Source: Lophium mytilinum
Taxonomy: Eukaryota
DNA: 64,000 nucleotides
Assembly: GCA_010093605.1 (NCBI GenBank)
Contig: MU004190.1
Span: 372,001 to 436,000, forward strand
Direction of reading: 5' to 3'
Positions within the stretch are counted from its first letter, which is position 1; each line of letters starts with the position of its first letter. The notes under the pieces are model-generated. The model did not search any database. It was not told the origin of the DNA and worked only from the letters and a program-made list of their open reading frames with translations. Position numbers and translations under genes: made by a program. Shown piece after piece: positions 28,701 through 39,067 of the stretch.

Positions 28701-30162
28701 GTTAATAAAGATAAATATATTATAGATATATATATTAGCTTCTATATAAATAATATCTTTAAGGCTAAAAAAGGCCTTAAGGTTAGGCTAGAAGAATCTA
28801 ATCTTCTAGATATAAAAGCCTCTAGTATTACTATTACTATTACTATTACCTTCTTCTATACTATTAAGGCCGGGGGGTCTAGGTAGTTCTAGAGGACCGG
28901 GTAGTTTTAGGGCAGCTTATTAAGTATCTAGTAGTTATAAAAATAGATCGCGTATAGCTTATAGCTGCCTAGGGGTAAAATTATTTACTATATTATAGTT
29001 ATAGTTATAAAAGTTAGAGAGTAGATTTTATTATTTATTTCTAGTAATATACTCTATATAGATAGAGTTAGCCTAACTATATAAAGAGTCTATAATAGAA
29101 ACTTAATAATATTTAAGTTACTAGAAGAAGTTTCTAATATTAGCTTATAGGGTTTAAGCTAATATTAACTACTTAAAAGAGTATACTTATTCTAGAGACT
29201 ATTTAGCTACTAGAAACTAGGTAAGAAAGCTACTAGTAAGTACTAAGTTAAGAGAAGTACTCTAGAGCTACCTAGTGTTTACGCGCTTAAAGGCGTATAG
29301 TTAGTGCCTAAGGTTAATAATATTCTAGAGTAGGTTAAAGTAGTAGTACTATAGTAGCTAGGTATTACTACTAGAGAAGCTATATATAGATATAGAGTAA
29401 TAGGCGGCCTATTAAGCTTAATATAGGCGTTAGAGAAAAAGTTATTAATATTTAAGAGCTAGATAGTAATAACATCTATAACGGCTATAGAAGAGATAGC
29501 AGCTATAGAAGGTATTAACGGCCGTAAAAGAATTAACGGCCGTAAAAGGTATTAACGGCCGTAAAAGAATTAACGGCTATAAAAGGGACAATAGCCTATA
29601 AAAGATATACGCCCGATAAAAAGAAGATAAGAATATCTAGAGATAAGGATATCTTAAAATAAGAATGTCTAGAGATAAGAGAATAAAAAATAAAAGAGTT
29701 AAGAGATAGAAGTAGAGAATAGTCTTATTAATAATAAGCCTTCTATAAACTATAGAACACTTTTCTTAGAGTAATAGTACCTTCTACTTACTACTATAAC
29801 TATTTCCGCGCGGAGGTATATATAGTTAAGGCTATTATTAATAGCGTCTAGAGCTTCTACTAAGAGTTCTAGGTATTTATAAGTAGTAGATAGCTTATAG
29901 AAAGTCTTAGTAGTAAGAGATTAATAGAGCTTCTATAGAATTAATAATATTAGCGTACTAAAAAAGAGTGCAGATATATAAGGTTATAGAAGTAGAGTTA
30001 TAAAGCTTAATACTCTAATAATAGTAATATCTAGAGCTTTAGTAACCTATTATTTACAATCTATTATTTAAATAAGAGGGAGACTATAGTTCTAGTGCTC
30101 GCGATATATAAAGCTAGTAAGCTTATCTAGAAGCTCTAGTAGTACTATACTAAGCTACTATT

Positions 30163-30347
30163 TATTAAGAAGATAGAGTAAAGGGTATTCTATTAGGCTA
30201 GAGCTACGGCGCCGTCTTAAAAATAGTAATAACTAAGGCCTATACTTATATAGACTATATATATATACTATATAGTATATACTATCCTCTATAAGCTTAT
30301 ATAAACGTCCTTTAATACGGACGCCTGTAATAGCTATAACTATAATA
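30163..30347 (-). repeat. 5' LTR of element 4
   Basis: Direct repeat of 22272-22456, followed by TSD AAGAG. Confidence 0.95.
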
Positions 30348-33222
30348 AAGAGTATAGATATATAGATATAGTTTATAAAGCTAATAATAAAGGCTCTATC
30401 TATATTAAATAAGGCGTTATTTATACTAACTATCTACTTATAAGTTTAATTTTTATTATTTATTAATAATTTTTAAGTAGATATTTATGCGTTTATTTAT
30501 AGCAGGGATATTAAGTTAAAACGCGTTAATTTTAGTAAAAAATTGCGTAGTTTATATATAAAGTCCTATTATAATAAATATATAAATATAAATAAAAATT
30601 ATAATAGCCTTCTTTTAATTTCTATACCTCTCTTTATAATAGTATCTATACCTCTTAATTTCCTTCTATATACTTTATAACGCTGTAGTTAATTTCTACG
30701 CTAAATTTTATAGTTTCTATAACTATACTATTCTTATTAATAGATTCTTTAAATATCTATCTACTTATACTATTTTTTTTATAGAGATTATAATAAAGGC
30801 CTCTAATATACTATTAATAGCTAGATTCTTATTAAGCACGTAGTATACTACTACTAGTATCTAGCTAAGAATATTAAAAAGCGCTTTAAAGTATTTACTA
30901 GCTATTAATTCTATTTTCTTACCTATACTATAGATAATATTATAATTAAGTATACTATATAGAGAATAGAGTTCTTAGTAGATAGCTTTAGTATAAGAAC
31001 CTATCTATATATATTAGATTTATAGAAATAGCTAGTAAGAGATACTAAGGCGTATAGGTTTAGAGTAATTACTAGCAGTGTTAATAAGTTCTTTAATAGT
31101 ATTATTTAAGAGTAGAAAGAGTAGTCTACTCTCTCTCTTTTTAGCTATTTATAGCACCTTATAATTAAATAGCGCGCCGCGTACTAGCTTAAGGCTAGTA
31201 AGTTAATAGAGGTATAGAGGCAGCTATTTAACTATAATTATCTAGAATAGCTTATACTCTATATATATTATAATTCTTAGTACTTTCTTATAGTAATTTT
31301 TAATAGCTTTTAGAGCCTAGAGCTTCTATATAAGAATTAAAAGCTAGCTTATATATATATTATTTAAATAAATATACTTACTAATACTAATACTCTTATA
31401 GCCTGCGCTTATATAGGCTACTACTACTCTAATAAAGTATATATTATGCACCTTAATAAGTACTACTATATCTATAGTAACTTCTAGAACTATTAGTTTT
31501 CTTATAAATATACTATAGCTATTATTATAAGGCTAGGCTTAGTAAGTATTTTCTATATAGATTTCTATTAACTTTATAAGTAGTAGAAGAGCTATAGGCC
31601 TTTTAAGAATAATAGGCTACTATATAACTATTATAGAGGCTCTAGCTATATATAGCCTATAAGAATTAATAATATTTTTCTATCTAATAACTACCTAGCG
31701 CCTATATATAAGGTAATCTATAGAGTATTATAAAAGAAGTAGAAATAAATAGGTAATTAACTATCTAATACTAGATTAGGCTAGTAGTATAGTATATATA
31801 GGTTTTCTAGTTATAATAAGGCTAATAAAAGAATATATAAAGGCTATCTAGAAATTTAAAATAAAAAATTATTAAAATTAGATAATTTTTAGTAGAGAAA
31901 TTAAGCTTTATATATTTCTATTTATTTAGATACTAATTATTAGAAATATAGGCCCTTTTAGCTAGTTTCTATACTATTTTCCCTTAGCTAGAGTATATAA
32001 AGCTAATTTTCTTTATTTTCTTAATTTTCTATAGTTTCTAAGGTGCAGCTAATTATATATAGGCCTTAATACTATATTAGTAGCCTATATATAGTTATAT
32101 AATACTTAGAAATACTATAGAAATATATAGGCGCGGAGCTTATACTTAAAAGGGCCTATTAGCTAGCTTTTAGGCCTTAATTAGTATAGGCTAAGTAATT
32201 AGGCATCTCTATAGTATTTATAAGTATTAAAGACTATATAGAGTATATTTACTAGTATTATAAACTATTATTATATCTTAAATACCTTAAATACTTTATA
32301 AGAATATTACCTCTATATTATTTAGTATTAGATATTATGCATAGATAGTATATAGTAAGTAGAAAATTTAGTTTATATAATAGAGTAATTTCTTATAAAG
32401 TATTTAAGAGTATTTAGATATAGTTTATAAGAATAAGTAGTTAGCCTTATATAAATTTTTTAGCCTTATTTAATACTATATATTAACTCTTAATATAATA
32501 CTAAATAGCCTACTATAACTATAAGGCGCTAGCCTATTTTCTACTCTATTTTCTCTATTTAATACTAAGTCTAGCTATACTATAACGCGCCTATAATTCT
32601 AAGAAAGTAAAGCCTATACTAAAAGGTATAGAGGCGTGCTAAGAAATACCTATAGAGAAATAAGGCTAATAGACTAGAGTAGTCTAGTTTTAAAAAAAAA
32701 AAATTTAACTTTAATGCTATATATTAACCCTTAATACTATAGCTAGCTAGATATAACTTCTAAAAGATAATAGAGAAAGAACTTATAATTAAAATATATT
32801 AAATACTAAGACTATAGCTAATAAATTTACCTTATAGTTAATATTTAAAAAAGGTATACCTCTTAAAAATAGACTAGTTTATACTAAATAGGCGCCTAAA
32901 TGTCCTTAGACGCTTTATAGAGGAATTTTAGGGCGGGAGGGAGGAGGGCTAGGAGGCTAGGGGCGGTAGGTAAGGGGGTGGTGGGGCCGTCCTTACTATA
33001 TTAAGTGTAGTGGTGTTGTGGTGGAACGCCTTAAAATGACTCGGAGAAGCGGCTGAGCACCTGAGATAACCAACGTGTAAACCCTGCTAGGCAACTCCAC
33101 TTATCCATCCTTCCTCCACTTCTCATCATCTCAACAACTCTGTGGCATTTGAAACTCCTCTGACTACGCTTGGTCCGCTACTCCAAAGGACCTCTAAATC
33201 CCGTCCTCTTCGACGTCCCGTA

Positions 33223-34677
33223 TCAGCCTGGACCATGCGAACCCCCTAGCCGTGTAAGCTTGTGTCATCCTTCTAATGCTTGAGATAGTCCTTACCTATA
33301 TTAGTCTTGCCAGAGAAGCTTTGGGAGCCGTAAAAAGCGGTAGCCCCTTCCTTGTTGTGTCCTTGATGGGTCACCGAACTGCCTGTCGATGTCGTTGCAA
33401 ACTACGTCCAAGTTTAGCCTGGTTGCGTCTCAAGGCTAATGATTTAGACTTGCCGTAGGACTTTCGGTGCGAGGCTTCACGGCGCTGTCCTTGACCCATT
33501 TCTTCAGTTCATGCAGAACTTTTTGGTAATTGTTGTCGTTCCGGCCCTCATACTTCGTCATACCGCTGTGGTCGGCAAGAATTCCAATGGTTGGGTATCT
33601 GTCTAAGATCGCCGACGTGTCGGGGACGATCTGGCTCTGCGTTAGACTGATATGATATGAATCTCGGTGAAGTCTTACTTTCTTATTTAGCAAGGCGTAT
33701 TTCTTCTCTTCGTAACAGCAGGCCACTTGGATGGAATCAGAGGTTTGCTGTTCACGGTAAGCCAAGTACAGCTCGAACCTTTTGCGAATGTCTTCCAGAT
33801 GTATTCCCTGCTCTTTGAGATCATCGAGGATCTTAGGGTTGCCGTCCTTGACAGTGCTGGCAAGATTTACGAGGATGCCAGCCATACCAGCTGAAGGCGC
33901 GCCACGATGCGGCGTTCCCATGAATAAGATGCCACACGTAGATGCAGATATCTGGTTGAAGCGCTGGGCGTCTTGGGAATGCATCAGGGCCTGGTCAAGT
34001 TCAGATGAATTCGTCATCCCTGGACGATTACCAACTTACCTCTTTACAACTGAGCCCACCGAGGCTATGACAGACGAACACGATGGGGCGCTTCTAGTCC
34101 ACGCTCAGAGCCTGAGACCAGAGAATGCTAGAAGGTGTGTAACTCACCAGTATTGTCCCATTTGGCGCAATCAGAAATCTTTCGAGGTCGGCACAAAGAC
34201 CCTTAGCATGTTGGTGACTGTTGTTACCCGAAACTGTCTGGAAGAAACCCTTTCCAAGGACGTCGGCATCATATCCCCAAGTCACTTGGGTATAGTCAGC
34301 TCCATGATCGTATCTTAAGGGCCATAGGCACGTACTGATACGTGCTTCCGGTATGTCTTTTGGGAGAATGTCCCTGGGCCAGAAGCACTCCTCGCCTGAA
34401 ACGCCAGGGCGATACGTCCATGTACTTCGGCGATTGCCAGTCAATCCATGCACGAAGACGATACTGTTAAAGACCCATTAGCTGCTTGGCCTCCTACAAC
34501 GAGTTCCACTCACTCTATGATCGAAGCTTCTTGAGGATCTGAAAGAATTTCCATACCGTAATCTCCAGAGCTTGCTGGCATCGAGGTTTGCTCTGCTGTG
34601 GTCCTATGAAGCAGTCAGAAATGATATAGACTACAAGAAGGGACGACCAAAGCCGTGTCGTACCGTTTATTGGCCAT
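33223..34677 (-). CDS. SesB-like alpha/beta-hydrolase (lipase/esterase-type effector) with C-terminal candidate amyloid signalling motif, ~346 aa
   Basis: Predicted exons 34677-34664, 34603-34514, 34463-34336, 34284-34148, 34093-34040, 33990-33679, 33630-33454, 33401-33296, 33245-33223 (1041 nt, frame consistent). Motifs DIVFVHGLTG, WPRDILP, ARIMTWGYDAD, IVFVCHSLGG (nucleophile Ser), GILFMGTPHRG, ADHSGMTKY. The last two exons depend on a GC-AG intron at 33453-33402. Confidence 0.88.
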
Positions 34678-35063
34678 ATTCGATGTCCTAAGAACCTGAT
34701 CAGACGGCGCTACGCTAAAGATCTGCCGGTTATTCATATGGCTCCTGATATCTAAAGATGTGCCGTTTTCTTGACATCACGCTCACCCAGTTGTGTGATA
34801 CAAGCGGGAGTTTGGTCTGTAGTTTTGTCGTTTCCCAGCTGATCCAGCTTTGCTTCCGACAATCGGCGATCAAACTGCAGGTATCCAGGGCTTGATGCCG
34901 GGACCCGTTGTTTCCTTCAGCTTGGCTGAGGTACCACATGGTCTAGCGACACATTTATACTGTTTCCGCCACTCCACCTAGTCGCCTCCTAACTTACAGC
35001 CCAAGTCCAGCGGATGTCTGTCTTCTATTACTTCTACCCCACTTCGTAGTACGCTTTCGAAAG
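34678..35063. promoter_or_regulatory. putative bidirectional promoter between hydrolase and NLR
   Basis: Only 386 bp separate the two divergent start codons; no specific sites identified. Confidence 0.55.
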
Positions 35064-38000
35064 ATGCCGGGCGACTATCATTTACACCATCAAGGAGACA
35101 ATACGGGGCAAAATGTGACCTTTTATGGGCAAAACACGATTCATGGTACCCCAAACTTCAACCTAAATGGTTCTAGCCGAGAGCGAGATCTTCAGGACCA
35201 ATGCCTACAAGATCTCTTGAGACATTCCATCGAAGAAGCGCCAGAGGCTGCCTTGGCTGGACTGGAGACTCGCAAAGGCAGTCGAACTCAAGGCACATGC
35301 AAATGGATCCTTGAAAACGGTTCATATACCACATGGAAGAACGATCCGGAGCCTGGTATCCTCTGGGTTTCAGGCTCGCCCGGGAGGGGAAAGACAATGT
35401 TGGCGATACACACCACCAAAGTCCTGCACAAGCAAGAAGAATATGTTCTATATTTCTTCTGCGATTCTAGCCGGGAAGTCACCGGCAACATGATCCTGCG
35501 ATCATTGATCTACCAAATGCTGGAGTTAGACACCTCCCTCTTCGAGCACATCCAGAAGATTTACAGGATTCGGAAGCAGGAACTCCTCTCAGACTCCGGA
35601 TTCGAGTTGCTGTGGAGTGTCTTCACAAGGATGGTGCAACGACCACGCTCGGCAGAATATCAGACTAAGACCTTAGCACCAGTGTATTGCATACTCGATG
35701 GTCTCGACGAGTGCAACGAAGCGAGTCTGGACTCATTCCTCAAAAACCTCACACGACTGTATCCCAACGAATACGACGAGGCCAGTTCGCCCTCTAGCTC
35801 TGACTCAAGTGACCCGCCACCGCCCACTCGTCTCAAAGTCATTGTGTCAAGCAGGGAGACAAAACCCGAGTGCATTGGCTCTTACCTCTCACGATTCCGT
35901 CGTATTAGGCTTGACCGAGACTGCAAAAACGGCATCAAAGAGGATGTCGCCCGCTACATCGAGGCAAACGTCAGAAGGATTGCAAATTCGAAGGAAAATC
36001 GGTGGCCAGATGAACTTCGTGAATTTGCAACGGACGAGCTTATTGAGAAGTCAGAGGGAAGATATCTGTGGTGTGCCTTTGTGCTGGACGAACTGGAGCA
36101 CAGAAAACACATCGAGGTGGAAAAGACAATCTCCGAATTCCCTCGTGGGCTTGAAAACGCATATGCCCGAATCTTACTTCGGATTGACCCTCAACATCAT
36201 GAACTTGTCTCGAAAATTCTTTGCTGGGTTCTTGGCACACGCCGAAGTCTATCTCTGAGAGAAATTGGGATGATGACTAACGTGTCACCTGCCCGAGGCC
36301 AAAGTGAAGAAGCAGCAGTGGTTGAACAATTGTCTTACTGTAATCATCTAGTGCAGGCCAGTCGCCGGCGCGTGTTCATCTGTCATCAGACGGTTAGGGA
36401 CTATCTACTTGGTAGGACCGACTGGGATTCACGCCCAACCGCATTTCACTTCGCTGCTGATGAGATCAATTCGACGATTTGGAAGACTTGCTGCAACGTG
36501 GTCGTTTCCGGACTTTCTGTACTAAGACGCTATCATGAAGAACGGCCACAAGACGAAAAGTTCTCCGGTGATAAGAGTAGATTTCTGTTCTTTTCCTACG
36601 CGATCAAGTTCTGGGCGACTCATGCCACTACTCAATCGATCGGAAGCGCCTCAGACAATGAAAATGGAGGCACGTTGCACAATGAAGACGGAAGTGTCTC
36701 GGAGGACGAAAAAAGAGGCTTTTATCTGTCTGCTCCATCACTCCCAAAAATGTGGGAGTTTCGATTCGACACATCAAGTAAGAAGAACCAAGGTCTAATG
36801 TCCCCCCCGAGAGCAGCTTCGGTCTCCAGGGCTATCCTCCGCGTTGCAGCCTTCTATGGAGTTTCCGGGCTTTTAACCCTAATGCTAAACTCGACTCTTT
36901 CTCTAGCGGACAAGACTGCCCTACTGAATCGCGGAGAGCGCAATTACGGCCGATCTCTACTCTCCATTGCGGCCATTAGAGGGCATTATGATGTTGTCAA
37001 GTTTTTGCTTGATGCAGGTGCTTTCATCGACTCGCTGGATCATTACAAGCATACGCCTCTTCATGCAGCATGTTACTCTGGCTATGAGAGGGTGGCTGAA
37101 CTACTTTTGGAACGCGGTGTTAGTTTGCAACCAGCTCTCAGTGGCGTCAACGCAATACATCCTGCCGTGTGCTCTGGTTCCCAGTCATTGGTCAGGCTAC
37201 TTTACTCGAGAGAGCCCGTGCTCAACGTGAGCGACAAGAGAGGCAATCATCCTCTTCACATTGCTGCGTCTCGTTGGGACCAGCCGATGATCGGGCTGCT
37301 GCTCGAGCTCGGTGCAGATCTTCCTGCTCGCAATGACTTGGGGCAAACACTGCTTCACAGCGCGATGTTGGGCTACGGCAGCCCTGGCGGCCCCCAAGTT
37401 ATCCGCGTTCTCGATCGTCCCGGATCCAGAGAACTTGAAGGGTTACTGCTAGGACTCAGCCCCAACCGGGTTCTCCCATGCTTAGTGGAATGGCTCATTG
37501 ACAACGGGTTGGACGTCAACGCAATGGATGACCATGGCAATAATCCACTACATTACGCTGCTGCTCTTGCCCGAGATGATGTAGTTTCAGTCCTGCTCCA
37601 AAGGAACGCTGATGTAGATGCGCTTAACAAGAACGGCGAGTCACCTCTCTGGAAAGCTGTTCAAGATAATCGTCTGGATATCATGAAGGATCAGGTTCAC
37701 CAGAGACACGAATACGTCCATGAGCACTCGGAGTTGGAGGATCTTGCGATAACCTCGTCCATCATGCTTAAGTACCAGGAACGGGCCGAAAAGACGGTTC
37801 CACTACTCCTTGAGAAAGATTGCCAGATTGGGGGTTGCGTTGACAGCGGAGACAACGCTTTTCATGTTGCGGTCCGACTCCGCGATATTGGAATGACAAA
37901 CATATTTGTCAACCACGATTCTGGCCTAATAAAGTCAATGAACAAAAGGGGCAGGACCCCTCTGCACCTCGCCGTCGCCTACGGCTGGATTTCGGGAACC

Positions 38001-38774
38001 CGAATCCTTCTCACTCACAGTGCGGAAAAAATGTTGCTCAACAATCGAGGAGAGACGCTCTTGCACGAAGCCGTCAAGCATACTAGCAAGCGCGCGATCC
38101 TTGATTCACTCTTCCAGAATGGGGCCATCGGGCAACTGCTTTCACGAGATAACTCCGGAAACCTCCCTTTGGATGTTGCCATCCACCATGGCCAAACTGA
38201 GGCTTTCGAGCTCCTGGCCGAAAAAATGAATCCAAGCGATCTCTGGTCAGCCAAGAGCGCTGATGATATCGTCCCAAGGCCAGCATCCGACGAAGATTTA
38301 CGCCTTCAGCTAAAAGGCAAAGCGGTCGCGGCACAGTGCCTATGGGATTGTGACATCGAAGACAGCGATGTCGATGGTGACGAGTCTAGTGTACAAAAGC
38401 CGCTGAACGTCGAACCCCAGTGTGAAGAGGAAACAAACAATGGTTCAGGTGTTACGGCCATGGATCCACTGGACATGGGCATTTCCTCCAGATCCGATGC
38501 AGGAGCTACAGTGGAGCAAGATAGCTCAGAAGAGAGTCATTCTAATGCCGAGTTGAATGAGTGGGATGATGAAAGCGAACCATCAGATCCGAATCATCAC
38601 CCTCGTAACCAGCTTTTTGAAGAAAAGGAAGAGCAGCAAGTCTCCGAAAGTCTTTATGATACCATGTTGGAGTTTAAGAAGGTCTTTTTATCGATTCGAG
38701 CAACGCGGCACTACAGCGCTGCTGCGAATCCTGATCTTGAGGATAGAGATTCTCATTGCACTTACTACGTCTAG
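35064..38774 (+). CDS. fungal NLR: short N/Q/G/H-rich N-terminal motif + NACHT + ankyrin repeats + acidic tail (1236 aa, intronless)
   Basis: GTCKWI motif, Walker A GSPGRGKT, Walker B YCILDGLDEC, EGRYLW, P.GL..AY.RIL, HQTVRDYL; many TPLH/NPLH ankyrin repeats; only ~35 aa precede the pre-NACHT helices. Confidence 0.95.
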   Translation: MPGDYHLHHQGDNTGQNVTFYGQNTIHGTPNFNLNGSSRERDLQDQCLQDLLRHSIEEAPEAALAGLETRKGSRTQGTCKWILENGSYTTWKNDPEPGILWVSGSPGRGKTMLAIHTTKVLHKQEEYVLYFFCDSSREVTGNMILRSLIYQMLELDTSLFEHIQKIYRIRKQELLSDSGFELLWSVFTRMVQRPRSAEYQTKTLAPVYCILDGLDECNEASLDSFLKNLTRLYPNEYDEASSPSSSDSSDPPPPTRLKVIVSSRETKPECIGSYLSRFRRIRLDRDCKNGIKEDVARYIEANVRRIANSKENRWPDELREFATDELIEKSEGRYLWCAFVLDELEHRKHIEVEKTISEFPRGLENAYARILLRIDPQHHELVSKILCWVLGTRRSLSLREIGMMTNVSPARGQSEEAAVVEQLSYCNHLVQASRRRVFICHQTVRDYLLGRTDWDSRPTAFHFAADEINSTIWKTCCNVVVSGLSVLRRYHEERPQDEKFSGDKSRFLFFSYAIKFWATHATTQSIGSASDNENGGTLHNEDGSVSEDEKRGFYLSAPSLPKMWEFRFDTSSKKNQGLMSPPRAASVSRAILRVAAFYGVSGLLTLMLNSTLSLADKTALLNRGERNYGRSLLSIAAIRGHYDVVKFLLDAGAFIDSLDHYKHTPLHAACYSGYERVAELLLERGVSLQPALSGVNAIHPAVCSGSQSLVRLLYSREPVLNVSDKRGNHPLHIAASRWDQPMIGLLLELGADLPARNDLGQTLLHSAMLGYGSPGGPQVIRVLDRPGSRELEGLLLGLSPNRVLPCLVEWLIDNGLDVNAMDDHGNNPLHYAAALARDDVVSVLLQRNADVDALNKNGESPLWKAVQDNRLDIMKDQVHQRHEYVHEHSELEDLAITSSIMLKYQERAEKTVPLLLEKDCQIGGCVDSGDNAFHVAVRLRDIGMTNIFVNHDSGLIKSMNKRGRTPLHLAVAYGWISGTRILLTHSAEKMLLNNRGETLLHEAVKHTSKRAILDSLFQNGAIGQLLSRDNSGNLPLDVAIHHGQTEAFELLAEKMNPSDLWSAKSADDIVPRPASDEDLRLQLKGKAVAAQCLWDCDIEDSDVDGDESSVQKPLNVEPQCEEETNNGSGVTAMDPLDMGISSRSDAGATVEQDSSEESHSNAELNEWDDESEPSDPNHHPRNQLFEEKEEQQVSESLYDTMLEFKKVFLSIRATRHYSAAANPDLEDRDSHCTYYV

Positions 38775-39067
38775 ACCATCTCGTCAGAATGATCGATAAG
38801 GCTGGGAGCCAAGTGTCCGAGACTAACGAACGGGCATTGTGAAGCTATGAAGAGGTATGGAAGAAGGGTATTTCACGGTCTGAGGTTGTCTCGATTAGAT
38901 AGAACATTGATGCTGTGAAGTCGGGCGTATGAAATGGAGCTGTGATTCTAGCATGTAGTTATCAGCAACTGTATATGGTATCTAAGCGAAAAGAGTCGAA
39001 AGAGTATGCCCGAACGCCAGATATGTTGCCTTGTTGACATGTACCCGTATCCCATAGAGTTCAATCG

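Larger units (their letters stand above)
22272..30347 (-). mobile_element. full-length RIP-inactivated Ty3/Gypsy LTR retrotransposon (element 4, same family as element 2)
   Basis: Two 185-bp LTRs and a 5-bp TSD AAGAG (22267-22271 and 30348-30352); minus-strand gag with GPP repeats (~28870-28910), protease (~27240), RT (~25900-25300), RNase H (~25080), integrase and chromodomain (~23070-22900). Confidence 0.95.
21602..32000 (+). mobile_element. older MuDR-type Mutator transposase relic (DDE + SWIM), split by element 4
   Basis: De-RIPed LDGTH....KG.IL.AIGQDANN.LYFLAWAVVESE (~22158-22271) resumes after 30352; then DRDKGL (~30786), CCWHLAENIKKRF (~30850), RFGVITSSVNESFNS (~31056), SWIM CTCGNFQ.YQFPCKHA (~31465). 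Element ends are not resolved. Confidence 0.8.
1..32900. other. AT-rich, RIP-mutated nested transposon block
   Basis: Strong TpA excess and CpA/TpG depletion; no long ORFs; TE protein motifs become readable only after reversing C>T/G>A; abrupt switch to normal composition at ~32900-33050. Confidence 0.97.

Noticed and set aside
11940..29580. Short tandem repeats (~11940-12010, 22621-22820, 29513-29580) as CRISPR-like arrays
   Set aside because: Eukaryotic context, no unique spacers; they are minisatellites inside retrotransposons.
33436..34453. Track ORFs 33436-34017 and 34094-34453 as two separate genes
   Set aside because: They are exons plus read-through introns of one multi-exon hydrolase gene.
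36900..38230. Hypervariable high-identity repeat array in the first NLR, as in het-e/het-d
   Set aside because: The ankyrin repeats are clearly divergent from each other; no near-identical units are visible.
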